The translations under genes were made by a program, and so were the position numbers. Shown piece after piece: positions 28,542 to 36,888 of a stretch of 64,000 nt of DNA. The notes beneath the pieces were generated by a model. The model made no database searches, had not been told where the DNA came from, and was given only the letters and a program-made list of their open reading frames with translations. This stretch comes from a virus, in IMG/VR virus record IMGVR_UViG_3300007734_000755, positions 32,001 through 96,000 of that record; one strand, given 5' to 3'. Position 1 is the stretch's first letter; every line of letters starts with the position of its first letter.

Positions 28542-29314
28542 ACTTCGTCCTCTGTTCTTTTATCAATTATTATTGATGACGAGGTTTCATACTCGTTCAG
28601 ATCTTTATCTTGTATGTGTCTCTTAACCCACTCTAGTTTTATTCTTAGTTTATTTTCTAGCAGAATCTTATTAACCTGCTTTCCTATATAAAACGAAGAA
28701 TATTCTGGATTTCTCAATTCTTCCATTGTCAATTCTGAGTGGGACATCAGTCTTTTCTTATCAGTTGATAGATAAATGTTCCTAGGAAATAACCCTTCAG
28801 CTGGAATTATATGATAAAATTTATTATCAATAAACTTAGTATTGAATTCATCCAAAACATATAGGTGTTCTTTTCTTTCTCCTGTTGGAGTTAGAAATTT
28901 TATCTCTCTAGTATCAAAGATTCTTAGTTTATTAAACTTAAATTTATAAATTCTTTGATTCTTAGATACAACCTTCAATATTTGACTTTCTTCATCTAAG
29001 TAAAACTCTGTTACATTCTCAGCCAAAGGAATCTTTCCACTTAGAGATTGAATATAATATAGATGATTATATACACTCTTTTTTGAATAGGGCTTTACAA
29101 ATTTTCCCTTTGGGAAATTAAGTTGTTTGTTTTCCTTATCCATACCAATTCTACTCAGGTTCATAGAATAGTCTATGAACTCAAAAAACCGAGGTTTTGA
29201 GTTAATCTTGTAGAGAATTGGATTTCCAGTAAAATATGAATGTATTAATGAAGAGATATTAAGGCCTATGTTAATCTCATCGTATTCATATATATGAGTT
29301 TTTAAATCATTCAT
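28433..29314 (-). CDS. hypothetical protein (possible degenerate Rossmann fold)
   Basis: YDEINIGLNISSL start. Confidence 0.55.
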   Translation of the reverse strand: MNDLKTHIYEYDEINIGLNISSLIHSYFTGNPILYKINSKPRFFEFIDYSMNLSRIGMDKENKQLNFPKGKFVKPYSKKSVYNHLYYIQSLSGKIPLAENVTEFYLDEESQILKVVSKNQRIYKFKFNKLRIFDTREIKFLTPTGERKEHLYVLDEFNTKFIDNKFYHIIPAEGLFPRNIYLSTDKKRLMSHSELTMEELRNPEYSSFYIGKQVNKILLENKLRIKLEWVKRHIQDKDLNEYETSSSIIIDKRTEDEVWKDCREFTQTTWLGSFQYRMVHQMMDSRGRVLSLL

Positions 29315-29501
29315 TTATCCTTGTTGTCTCGTATGCTATAAATCTATAGCCTACTATATCAGATATGCCATATTCTGGGGTCACCATAAATACGGGAATC
29401 AGTGATACCTCGGACCATTCTACATCCTCTGGCATATCATTTAAGACTTCCATTAATTTTATGGGTTTTGAAAAAACCCTACTTTCATATTTTCTCTTCA
29501 T
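29307..29501 (-). CDS. small hypothetical protein
   Basis: ORF coupled by ATGA overlap. Confidence 0.5.
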   Translation of the reverse strand: MKRKYESRVFSKPIKLMEVLNDMPEDVEWSEVSLIPVFMVTPEYGISDIVGYRFIAYETTRINE

Positions 29502-29767
29502 TTTAATCCTGCCTCCGGATAATAAAACACCAACAATTTCTCGGCAAGTGTGTTTTGACTCATATCTCGATCGTTACCCATGTTCATCATCCGACCCATA
29601 TGGAACCAATAAAAGGTTCCATATTCTTCTACAGCCGGTAGGTCGTTGTCTCGGTGCTCACGCCACAGGTCGAGATCGTCCTTTCTTTTCCAGCAAAATG
29701 TTCGATATATTACTTCAGGGCTGTTATATCTTGATGTAATCGTGAGTCTAATTTTTTTCATATACAT
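29498..29767 (-). CDS. HRDNDLPA-family mini-protein
   Basis: MKKIRL...EHRDNDLPAVEEYGTFYWF. Confidence 0.7.
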   Translation of the reverse strand: MYMKKIRLTITSRYNSPEVIYRTFCWKRKDDLDLWREHRDNDLPAVEEYGTFYWFHMGRMMNMGNDRDMSQNTLAEKLLVFYYPEAGLK

Positions 29768-30024
29768 CCTTTAATCAGGGGTAGGTCTTTAAGAGTCTTG
29801 TCATAGAAATGAGGGTAGTCTTCTCCTGTTCTCCAGGTGGCAAATAATCTATCCTTGTAATAATAGTCACAATGAGTAGACAGACAAACAGCTGGAAGGT
29901 TGTTTTCTCTATAATAATATGTGCTGTACTCATAAATATCAAAAAATACTCGGCACCACTCTTTATATGAGTCGTGCTTGTCCCTACCTTGACTTGTACG
30001 TAACAATATTTTCTTACGTCTCAT
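29758..30024 (-). CDS. HRDNDLPA-family mini-protein
   Basis: KKILL...YRENNLPAV. Confidence 0.7.
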   Translation of the reverse strand: MRRKKILLRTSQGRDKHDSYKEWCRVFFDIYEYSTYYYRENNLPAVCLSTHCDYYYKDRLFATWRTGEDYPHFYDKTLKDLPLIKGCI

Positions 30025-30305
30025 ATTTTAATATCTTCAAATTGAATTTCTGGAGTGAAGGTACATTCTTCTTCTGTTTCGTGTCTGCTCTTTATTATCA
30101 AAGCATTTTCGTACCAATAAAGATATCCAAATTCATATGCAGCTGGTAAATCATTTTCTCTATATGAATAGAAAACGTTATCAGATTCACCTCGGAACCA
30201 CTCCACGGAAAAATACCCTCTATCCCACGAGTGGTTAGTTTGGTGGTATGATAAATTTCTTTTAATTGAACTGGAGTTCAATACCAACCTAATTTTTTTC
30301 ATCAT
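30021..30305 (-). CDS. HRDNDLPA-family mini-protein
   Basis: MKKIRL...YRENDLPAAYEFGYLYWY. Confidence 0.7.
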   Translation of the reverse strand: MMKKIRLVLNSSSIKRNLSYHQTNHSWDRGYFSVEWFRGESDNVFYSYRENDLPAAYEFGYLYWYENALIIKSRHETEEECTFTPEIQFEDIKI

Positions 30306-30559
30306 AGATATTTCTCTCGAAAGTATGGACGAACCAATTGTAGTGGTCCTGGGCCTCTGACGTATCGTGGGCCAGGACTGTCACGATTCCAAGTGGCATA
30401 AAAACGCCCTTTTTCGTCATAATATACTCCCACTATAGAATCGTACTGGGCGGGTAGAGAGTGGTCTCTGTGTATTCCGTCGTAAACTTCACCTCCCTCC
30501 CAAAAATCCTTAGACCATGTGATGTAATCTCTTCTTATTGTTAGCCTCACAGTCTTCAT
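30302..30559 (-). CDS. HRDNDLPA-family mini-protein
   Basis: MKTVRL...IHRDHSLPA. Confidence 0.7.
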   Translation of the reverse strand: MKTVRLTIRRDYITWSKDFWEGGEVYDGIHRDHSLPAQYDSIVGVYYDEKGRFYATWNRDSPGPRYVRGPGPLQLVRPYFREKYL

Positions 30560-30567
30560 TTCTAATC

Positions 30568-31221
30568 CTAGGACAGTTGAAATATTTTTGATAAAGCCTC
30601 AGCGATAGCGTTCGCAACTTCTCTGTGTTCCTTCTGTGTTGCCACATCCTGCCGAACTTCAAGATAGTGGATCCACGATCTAATTGATCCCTTCATATAC
30701 ATTCTAGTCTTGGTTAAGCCCTCTGGGAGAACCTTACGAGCAACTTCCTTTGCAATCCCCTTATCTATGGCCCACTCATAGGCTTCCTTGGATGACTTCA
30801 ACACGCTCTCTTGATAGATCTTCCATTGAAGTTTTAGAGAATCATCCTCAATTTCTATTGAATTTTGACGATTTTTATCGTCTTGCAGTCTCGCATCTGA
30901 AAGCTCAAAAGTATCATCGAGATCTCTAATGTCTGAATATCGTTGCGAAAATTCTTGGAACGAAAAGCTCCGGTGTCGTAGGATTTGTCTCGCTATATCT
31001 CTCGTTGTTTCTATTTCGAATGTTGCATCAACCATTTCTAGTGGTGACCAGTGGTGATTCTTTATAAGATATTTGATAAGGCGATCTGACGTTTGTGTGT
31101 TCATCTGGTTAGATGGATTTGATACTCTTGCGCAATAGGAAACGAGATCCTTGATATCTTCTATATCTGTTTCCTCTAACTTTCCCGCTGGCTTTGTATG
31201 TGATATTAAGCTAACCTTCAT
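30568..31221 (-). CDS. thyX: flavin-dependent thymidylate synthase
   Basis: HWSPLE, RQILRHRSFSFQEFSQRY, TQKEHR. Confidence 0.97.
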   Translation of the reverse strand: MKVSLISHTKPAGKLEETDIEDIKDLVSYCARVSNPSNQMNTQTSDRLIKYLIKNHHWSPLEMVDATFEIETTRDIARQILRHRSFSFQEFSQRYSDIRDLDDTFELSDARLQDDKNRQNSIEIEDDSLKLQWKIYQESVLKSSKEAYEWAIDKGIAKEVARKVLPEGLTKTRMYMKGSIRSWIHYLEVRQDVATQKEHREVANAIAEALSKIFQLS

Positions 31222-31242
31222 TTCTTCTCCTAGTAGGAGGTT

Positions 31243-31271
31243 AGTGTCTCATCTAGGGAGTTAGTTGTCAA
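31243..31271 (-). promoter_or_regulatory. sigma70-like promoter
   Basis: TTGACA-N17-GACACT. Confidence 0.5.
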
Positions 31272-32044
31272 CTGTCTTTTTCTATTCTAGATAGAAGTTG
31301 GTTTCTCTTCCAATGAAGTCCGATTGGATTTTCAACTTCTTTATTGACAAAATTATTTACTAACGAAGTTGCTTTTTTTATCGAGACAAAATTAATCCCG
31401 GCATCGGGAAGCTCCTTGGCATCATTGTTGATAACAATGAAATTATCTTCTCCAAAATCACTCTTATATTTGTCCATGTTAGCGACACACATATGCCACA
31501 GATTTGAGGTGAGATCCGCAGGAAGAACACGATCTCTTTTTTCGTTCCTGTCAAGAGCCGTCTCCAGACTCGTATAGACAAAGATCATTGAGCAGTCATA
31601 TCCTTGTCTTACTAGCTCCTTTCTTATTCCGTTGGTAATTTTATAATCACCGCCCGTTCCATCAATAACAATTCCAATTCTTTCCTTGGAATATGAGTTA
31701 AGCAATCTATTCGTCTTATCCTTTGCTACAATTCTAGGTGAATTTGGCCCACGATTAAGCTTATGAAATTCATCTGGTGGGAGATCCGCAAGCTTAGAAG
31801 GGTCTACTCCGGCTTGTTTTAATAACATTGTATAAACAGTATCGGAATTGGACATCTTTAATCCAAACCCGGTTAGGGTGTTCATGTTTCCCGACTTGTA
31901 TCCAAATATTTTATTTGTAACATAGGACTTTCCAGATCCAGGTCCCCCGGCCAAGAAAACAGCCTTGAGAGCCCCCTTATCATAAAGCCCCTCGGAAAGA
32001 ACAGATGTTATCTCCTCTTGGATGAGTGTCAACAAATTCTTCAC
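31268..32044 (-). CDS. zeta-toxin-like/AAA_33 P-loop kinase with N-terminal leader
   Basis: FLAGGPGSGKS, NSD, IVIDGTG, ALDRNEKRDR. Confidence 0.8.
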   Translation of the reverse strand: MKNLLTLIQEEITSVLSEGLYDKGALKAVFLAGGPGSGKSYVTNKIFGYKSGNMNTLTGFGLKMSNSDTVYTMLLKQAGVDPSKLADLPPDEFHKLNRGPNSPRIVAKDKTNRLLNSYSKERIGIVIDGTGGDYKITNGIRKELVRQGYDCSMIFVYTSLETALDRNEKRDRVLPADLTSNLWHMCVANMDKYKSDFGEDNFIVINNDAKELPDAGINFVSIKKATSLVNNFVNKEVENPIGLHWKRNQLLSRIEKDS

Positions 32045-32292
32045 TTGTCCTCTTCTTCCTTTTTGATGCCTTGTGTGCCTGTGTACCCCTGTACCCCACC
32101 ACCGGAGCAGGAGGACATCTCCTCAATGGTTTCTGAATCTTCGGATTTCTCTTCTTCCTTCTCGGAAACAATGATTTCCTTGCCAGTTTTCTTGTCTATA
32201 TTCTTCTTTGAGGACTTTTTTTTCTTGTCCTCCTTGAAGGTATTTTCAGCCAGAAACTGCTTCCATCTATTATTAATATCTCCATAATCCAT
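32041..32292 (-). CDS. small charged protein with NRWKQFLAE leader
   Basis: ORF after CTATTTA at 32311; GTGA overlap with kinase. Confidence 0.6.
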   Translation of the reverse strand: MDYGDINNRWKQFLAENTFKEDKKKKSSKKNIDKKTGKEIIVSEKEEEKSEDSETIEEMSSCSGGGVQGYTGTQGIKKEEEDK

Positions 32293-32321
32293 AGTATTTT
32301 ACCTCAACAATAAATAGAGTA

Positions 32322-33380
32322 TTATATAGTAATCTTGCCGATTCTATCGTCAACATTTATCTTAGTTACTCTATCAAACCCCTCTTCTTCGGTTGGCCTT
32401 TCATATCTATTCAACATTGATAAAATTACATCTCTTGAGATTTTCTTTGATTTTCCTTGAGTTCTCAACTGTTCGTCTCTATCCTGGTTTATTTTGATTA
32501 ATTTTTCCATATTCGACTTATCAATCATGAAGTCAACGGCCACTCTTGTAAATCTGTTTCTGTTAAATTTATTCAACCATTGTTTTCTTGTTTTGACATT
32601 CATGTTCGTCATATCAATAATGATATCCTTCTCGCTCTTAGCAGCCTCCTCGATATTTCGCTGAAGCATATTGCTAATACGTTTGTTTAGTTCTTCAATT
32701 TTTGGGTCATTTTTCCACATATCATTATATGTAAGTCCGTTTTCTTCCGCAACTCTATCAACAATGGCATCTCGAGATATAACAGTTGAACTGTTAAATT
32801 GCACATTATTTTTTATCCAAGTTGATTTTCCCACCCCAGGAGGGCCTATTAGGACAAAAAGCTTCTTCTTTTGTATGTCCTCTTGCCCCTCTATCATTGT
32901 ATATGCCTCCGGAACATGAATAATTTTACATCCAAGGTTGTTATCGTTACAAAATTCCTTAAAAATAGGGAAATGTTCTTCGCGGTCATCATAAAACGTT
33001 ATGTAATCAATATATGGGTTGTTAGACAGCAGACTTTTTACGTGTGCTAGCTTAGATTCGGCTGCTCCACCATCATCGGCAAGCCCAATATATGGAAAAC
33101 CTAGTTCTTTCTGGGATAATAATTCCTTAACTCTATTGGAAAACAACTCTTTTCTACCAGTAAGCATAATAACGTAGCATTCTTTGTCCGAGAGATGTTC
33201 AAAAGCCCTTTCGCATATTTCATTATTCCACCATGAACCATCGGGAACCGGAGGAACCAGTGGCTCCATAAGGGAGGCAGTGTTTCCCCACCATTTTCCT
33301 CTCCATTTGTTTGGTCTTCTGGGGCTTTTAAATAGGGTCCCATCAAAATCAAATATGACGAGGTGTTTTATAACGTTCAT
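32322..33380 (-). CDS. HAD phosphatase + P-loop polynucleotide kinase (PNKP-like RNA repair)
   Basis: FDFDGTLF, LTGR, FYDDR; GPPGVGKST, ISRD, IIDMTN; true start MNVIKHL at 33380. Confidence 0.85.
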   Translation of the reverse strand: MNVIKHLVIFDFDGTLFKSPRRPNKWRGKWWGNTASLMEPLVPPVPDGSWWNNEICERAFEHLSDKECYVIMLTGRKELFSNRVKELLSQKELGFPYIGLADDGGAAESKLAHVKSLLSNNPYIDYITFYDDREEHFPIFKEFCNDNNLGCKIIHVPEAYTMIEGQEDIQKKKLFVLIGPPGVGKSTWIKNNVQFNSSTVISRDAIVDRVAEENGLTYNDMWKNDPKIEELNKRISNMLQRNIEEAAKSEKDIIIDMTNMNVKTRKQWLNKFNRNRFTRVAVDFMIDKSNMEKLIKINQDRDEQLRTQGKSKKISRDVILSMLNRYERPTEEEGFDRVTKINVDDRIGKITI

Positions 33381-33688
33381 ATGACCTCCGGTAATAAGGG
33401 TAATGGGCACCAGAGGTCTGGCGAGATCGGCGTATCCGTGCGGGGGTCGCGCATGGTGCCACCGACTTCGTAGGCGATACCGACACCGACCCAGCCGTCG
33501 CACCCGTACACGACATGCTGCCCCTCCGCTGGCCTCTCGTCTGCCAGCCTGCGCCAGCCTGCGGCGGCGACCTGTGCCCGCAGCGCCAGAGTCTCTGCGC
33601 CTGCGCGTGTTGGCATCCACCGTGGCTTTTGCACCTCAGCCAGCCGCTCCACGCGGTCGGCTCTAGCTAATATTTCGGTCGTAGTCAT
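33377..33688 (-). CDS. DUF551-like small phage protein, high-GC insert
   Basis: WRRLADERP...V...WCPLPLLP; 33421-33660 counted at about 70% GC. Confidence 0.7.
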   Translation of the reverse strand: MTTTEILARADRVERLAEVQKPRWMPTRAGAETLALRAQVAAAGWRRLADERPAEGQHVVYGCDGWVGVGIAYEVGGTMRDPRTDTPISPDLWCPLPLLPEVI

Positions 33689-33699
33689 GATTTTATTCC

Positions 33700-34770
33700 T
33701 TAAAAAAATCTATCAATCATTTTGTAGCCTGATTTATCATCAAAATCAGACAGTGCCTTAACTGTTTCCTGGAATTCATCGCAAACATATGGGTTATCCG
33801 AAAAGTAAGTTACAGCTCCTATTTTAGAGGCTGCTTTGCTTATCCATCTCTGGAAATCTTCTCTATTCGAGAAGTTCAATAAATCTTTTTCATTATAAAT
33901 TTTCCAGGTTCCAAGTTCCTCGAGGACATCAATCTTATTTACTATTAATTTATTTACTCCGTTCATCTTAATGGCTTGAGCTACCAGATTCCAATTCATC
34001 CAATTACACTGTCTCTTCCTTCCAGTTGTTGCTCCGAACTCTTTTCCTAGTTCTTGAACTTTTGAGAAGATCGGATCACTTGGTTGAAAGTCCTTTGCTC
34101 CAACATAAGTGTCGTATGCCTTTATAACTCCATAAACATCTCTCATGTGTTTATGGTTAAAACCATTTAGCATAAGAGAGCCAATTCCACAATGGCTAGA
34201 GGTAACATATGGGTAATCTCCCCAATCTATATCAAGCCCAAAGGCTTGAGCCCCCTCTGCCAAAACAGAGAATACGTCATTTCTGGTATAAAATTCACTA
34301 TACATATCGATAAGATATTTTTGTAACAATGGCTCAGATTCTGCTCTCCGACCAGTTCTAGCATATTTGTTACTATATGCTGGACCATTCCCGGTCTTAG
34401 TCGTACCAATCCTGGAGTCTTTTGAATCGCTTAGAATGTCTTCTGGTGTAACGATATGTGCGTTCTTGGCTACAAAGACAAGTCCTTCGGTTTTTATTCC
34501 GTTATCATTTAAATATTTTATTTCTTCCAAAAATTTATCCACATTAAGAACACAGCCGGGGCCTACTATTGATTTAATACCGTGAAATATCCCAACAGGG
34601 ATAAGATGAGTTACAAACTTCTTATTGTTGTGATAAATGGTATGTCCAGCATTTCCGCCGCCAGAAAACCTAATACAATGTGTATATGACTTCTTTCTTG
34701 CCCAATCGTAACAAATTTTTCCCTTGCCCTCATCTCCATATTGCAACCCCAAAACTACATCAACCTTCAT
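33700..34770 (-). CDS. purA: adenylosuccinate synthetase
   Basis: GLQYGDEGKGK, GGGNAGHT, IGTTKTG, AEGAQ, YPYVTSS, GATTGRKR, NKID; start MKVDV. Confidence 0.95.
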   Translation of the reverse strand: MKVDVVLGLQYGDEGKGKICYDWARKKSYTHCIRFSGGGNAGHTIYHNNKKFVTHLIPVGIFHGIKSIVGPGCVLNVDKFLEEIKYLNDNGIKTEGLVFVAKNAHIVTPEDILSDSKDSRIGTTKTGNGPAYSNKYARTGRRAESEPLLQKYLIDMYSEFYTRNDVFSVLAEGAQAFGLDIDWGDYPYVTSSHCGIGSLMLNGFNHKHMRDVYGVIKAYDTYVGAKDFQPSDPIFSKVQELGKEFGATTGRKRQCNWMNWNLVAQAIKMNGVNKLIVNKIDVLEELGTWKIYNEKDLLNFSNREDFQRWISKAASKIGAVTYFSDNPYVCDEFQETVKALSDFDDKSGYKMIDRFF

Positions 34771-34795
34771 GATACCTCTTGTCTGTGATATGAAC

Positions 34796-34824
34796 ACTGT
34801 ACCTCGTCCCAAGAAGAAGGTCAA
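34796..34824 (-). promoter_or_regulatory. sigma70-like promoter
   Basis: TTGACC-N17-TACAGT. Confidence 0.6.
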
Positions 34825-34835
34825 GTCCGTGTTGA

Positions 34836-35186
34836 TTAATCCCTATATTTTTTCCAAGCATGTTTCTTTCTTCTTATCAAATATAGAGGGTTGTTTTGAT
34901 TGTCGTGCGCCTCTCTCTCAAACGGGGATTCAAGATATGCTAATTTAGAATTTTTATATTCTATCAATCCATTTAAATAATAATAGACATACAATATAAA
35001 AAACATAAAGAACCAAAGTTCTCTTTGTTGTCTATAATGAATCATTTCGTGACGCCAAATTTTTTCTGGTAACTTATCCCGGCAGAAAATAAATATTCCA
35101 AGTGAAATTGCATAAATTTCTATAGGAGCGATCTTTGACAAGACAATAGGAACCTTAGAATTCTCTACGATAATAGGAAAATCCAT
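34836..35186 (-). CDS. small zincin-like membrane protein (DUF4157-like)
   Basis: RHEMIH, hydrophobic segment, PFEREA; GGAGG RBS. Confidence 0.7.
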   Translation of the reverse strand: MDFPIIVENSKVPIVLSKIAPIEIYAISLGIFIFCRDKLPEKIWRHEMIHYRQQRELWFFMFFILYVYYYLNGLIEYKNSKLAYLESPFEREAHDNQNNPLYLIRRKKHAWKKYRD

Positions 35187-35202
35187 CTTGGCCTCCAAAG
35201 AA

Positions 35203-35242
35203 GAAAAGAGCTGCTGAATTAAATAGTCCAGCAGCTCTTTTC
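35203..35242. terminator. terminator hairpin with ACTATTTA in its loop
   Basis: GAAAAGAGCTGCTG-aattaaatagtc-CAGCAGCTCTTTTC. Confidence 0.75.
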
Positions 35243-35263
35243 CAGGCCAATATACTTTGATTA

Positions 35264-35524
35264 TTAAAAGATTCTAACGTGTCCGACAGGACGAGTATCG
35301 AGTAGTTTTATCCACTCATCTCTGTTTAGAGGGCATCCATATGGACCCTGAAGCATTTCAACTGCAACATCACCGGCCCTTGGATCTTGTGAAATGCTAC
35401 GTCTAACCGTAGCTTCCCATATCTTTTGAGAGGCTCTGTTTGCTGCCTCGTTTCCAAAGGCTTGTCTGAACTCATCTAGAGTTGCACAAGGGTCTGGTTG
35501 TGAGAGAAATTGTTCAACTGTCAT
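35264..35524 (-). CDS. hypothetical protein
   Basis: ORF with GAGG RBS. Confidence 0.6.
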   Translation of the reverse strand: MTVEQFLSQPDPCATLDEFRQAFGNEAANRASQKIWEATVRRSISQDPRAGDVAVEMLQGPYGCPLNRDEWIKLLDTRPVGHVRIF

Positions 35525-35526
35525 GG

Positions 35527-35778
35527 TTACACCTCTTCTAAATATCCAACCATACCAGATGTTGGTACAATTGAGAATTGTTTACCCTGAAAATCAAACT
35601 TTTGGATCGTTGAGGTAACGACAACTGCTAGTGCGCCATTGTCCTTCCCAGACAGAATCTTAACAACCATCAATTCTCCGGGCTTCTTAGCCCAGGCCAT
35701 CATTAGTTCTGCTCCAGTGGTTGATTCTTCAACCACTTCGGACACCTCAATATAACCATTGATTGGGTTTAATTTCAT
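35527..35778 (-). CDS. GroES-like co-chaperonin (divergent)
   Basis: MKLNPINGYIEV, mobile-loop-like ESTTGAEL, GroES-like length and C-terminus. Confidence 0.55.
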   Translation of the reverse strand: MKLNPINGYIEVSEVVEESTTGAELMMAWAKKPGELMVVKILSGKDNGALAVVVTSTIQKFDFQGKQFSIVPTSGMVGYLEEV

Positions 35779-36017
35779 TCTTCTTCTCCTGGCATCATAT
35801 CAAACATTTCTGTTAGTTGATCCATATCCTGGTTATCCTTGCGGAGTTTATATGCCTTTAGAGCCGTCTTAATTTCTTCCTTAGAAAGCCATCCATTTTC
35901 AATATAGGACTTTCTAAGATCTGTCTTTTGTTCTCTATACGGCTTAATTGCGTCCTCTAGTGCTGCCACCGAGGTAACATAATCTACTACGTGTTGTTCC
36001 TTTGTCTTCTCGCTCAT
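35775..36017 (-). CDS. T4 DsbA/GapR-like dsDNA-binding protein
   Basis: helical pattern LEDAIKPYREQKTDLRK...G.SKEEIKTALKAYK. Confidence 0.55.
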   Translation of the reverse strand: MSEKTKEQHVVDYVTSVAALEDAIKPYREQKTDLRKSYIENGWLSKEEIKTALKAYKLRKDNQDMDQLTEMFDMMPGEEE

Positions 36018-36036
36018 TGTGCTCCTTTTTTGTTTA

Positions 36037-36288
36037 TTAGAATTCTATTTCTAGTTCTTCTTGAACCACTTCCGTGGTTGTTGACTTCCAGTTGAATACC
36101 CGGAAGTCTCTTGCGTCTACATCATAGACCGTTTCGGACCCGATGGCAAGGACCCTTTTTTTGTTTTCCTTATCCTCCGTCAGCCCTATTTTTGTCTTTT
36201 GTTCAATTGACATCTCTGATATTTTCAGAAATCTCATTTTCCTGACTTCTCCGTTTTTCTTCCGGAATTCTCCGACTCTTACCAGCAT
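36037..36288 (-). CDS. small SH3/WYL-like beta-barrel protein
   Basis: FRKKNGEVRKM...VYDVDARDFRVFNW. Confidence 0.65.
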   Translation of the reverse strand: MLVRVGEFRKKNGEVRKMRFLKISEMSIEQKTKIGLTEDKENKKRVLAIGSETVYDVDARDFRVFNWKSTTTEVVQEELEIEF

Positions 36289-36297
36289 TTTTTCCTC

Positions 36298-36543
36298 CTA
36301 TCCAATCATTCCACTCTTGTGGATTACGTGTATAATGTTGTCTGTACGTCTAAACTCAAAACTTCTCCATTCGGAGTCCGTCTCTTCTCTGCCCAAAGAG
36401 GACAACGCGGCCAGCCTATAGCTCTCAAGTATGGCGTTACACCTCATTATCTCATGAGCCTCTTCTTCGCTCACTCTAAACGAAATGATGTGTTCGTCTT
36501 GTACACAATTACTGTGTGTACTTGTTATATTTATAATTTCCAT
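36298..36543 (-). CDS. hypothetical protein
   Basis: ORF with GGAGG RBS downstream of promoter. Confidence 0.6.
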   Translation of the reverse strand: MEIINITSTHSNCVQDEHIISFRVSEEEAHEIMRCNAILESYRLAALSSLGREETDSEWRSFEFRRTDNIIHVIHKSGMIG

Positions 36544-36563
36544 ATTTGCCTCCGACAGGAGAC

Positions 36564-36592
36564 AGTATACTAGGGATAAATTATCTTGTCTA
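36564..36592 (-). promoter_or_regulatory. sigma70-like promoter
   Basis: TAGACA-N17-TATACT. Confidence 0.65.
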
Positions 36593-36613
36593 CTGCTAGA
36601 AAAAACTTATTCT

Positions 36614-36847
36614 TTATGACGCTTTTTGTGCAGCGTTGTAATCTGGGTCTTCCAGGCGAAAGACTCTCTTTTCTAATCTTTCAACTCTCTTTTCGATTTT
36701 TTCCACTTGCTCAAATTTTACAAGTAGTTTTTCTACCGAAAGTCTAATTGATGTTATTTCATTGTGAAGTTTCCACGATACCCCGATCAGAGTAAAGACT
36801 ATTGTTAAGGCCATTCCAGCGAATGCAAGCCAATTATCAACGCTCAT
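36614..36847 (-). CDS. single-TM coiled-coil protein (holin/antiholin-like candidate)
   Basis: N-terminal TM helix plus coiled coil; ACTATTTA at 36870. Confidence 0.55.
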   Translation of the reverse strand: MSVDNWLAFAGMALTIVFTLIGVSWKLHNEITSIRLSVEKLLVKFEQVEKIEKRVERLEKRVFRLEDPDYNAAQKAS

Positions 36848-36888
36848 AATAATCTCCTAGTTACTAGAATAAATAGTAATCTGCGTAG

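Noticed and set aside
29498-30559. Diversity-generating retroelement target array
   Set aside because: No reverse transcriptase and no near-identical TR/VR nucleotide pair; similarity is at protein level only
33381-33620. Arg-rich N-terminal extension of the PNKP ORF in the track
   Set aside because: It is an alternative frame of the high-GC insert; the real start is MNVIKHL at 33380
33700-34770. PurZ / 2-aminoadenine (Z) genome
   Set aside because: The active site is GDEGKGK with the canonical PurA Asp, not the Ser of PurZ; no DatZ or MazZ recognised
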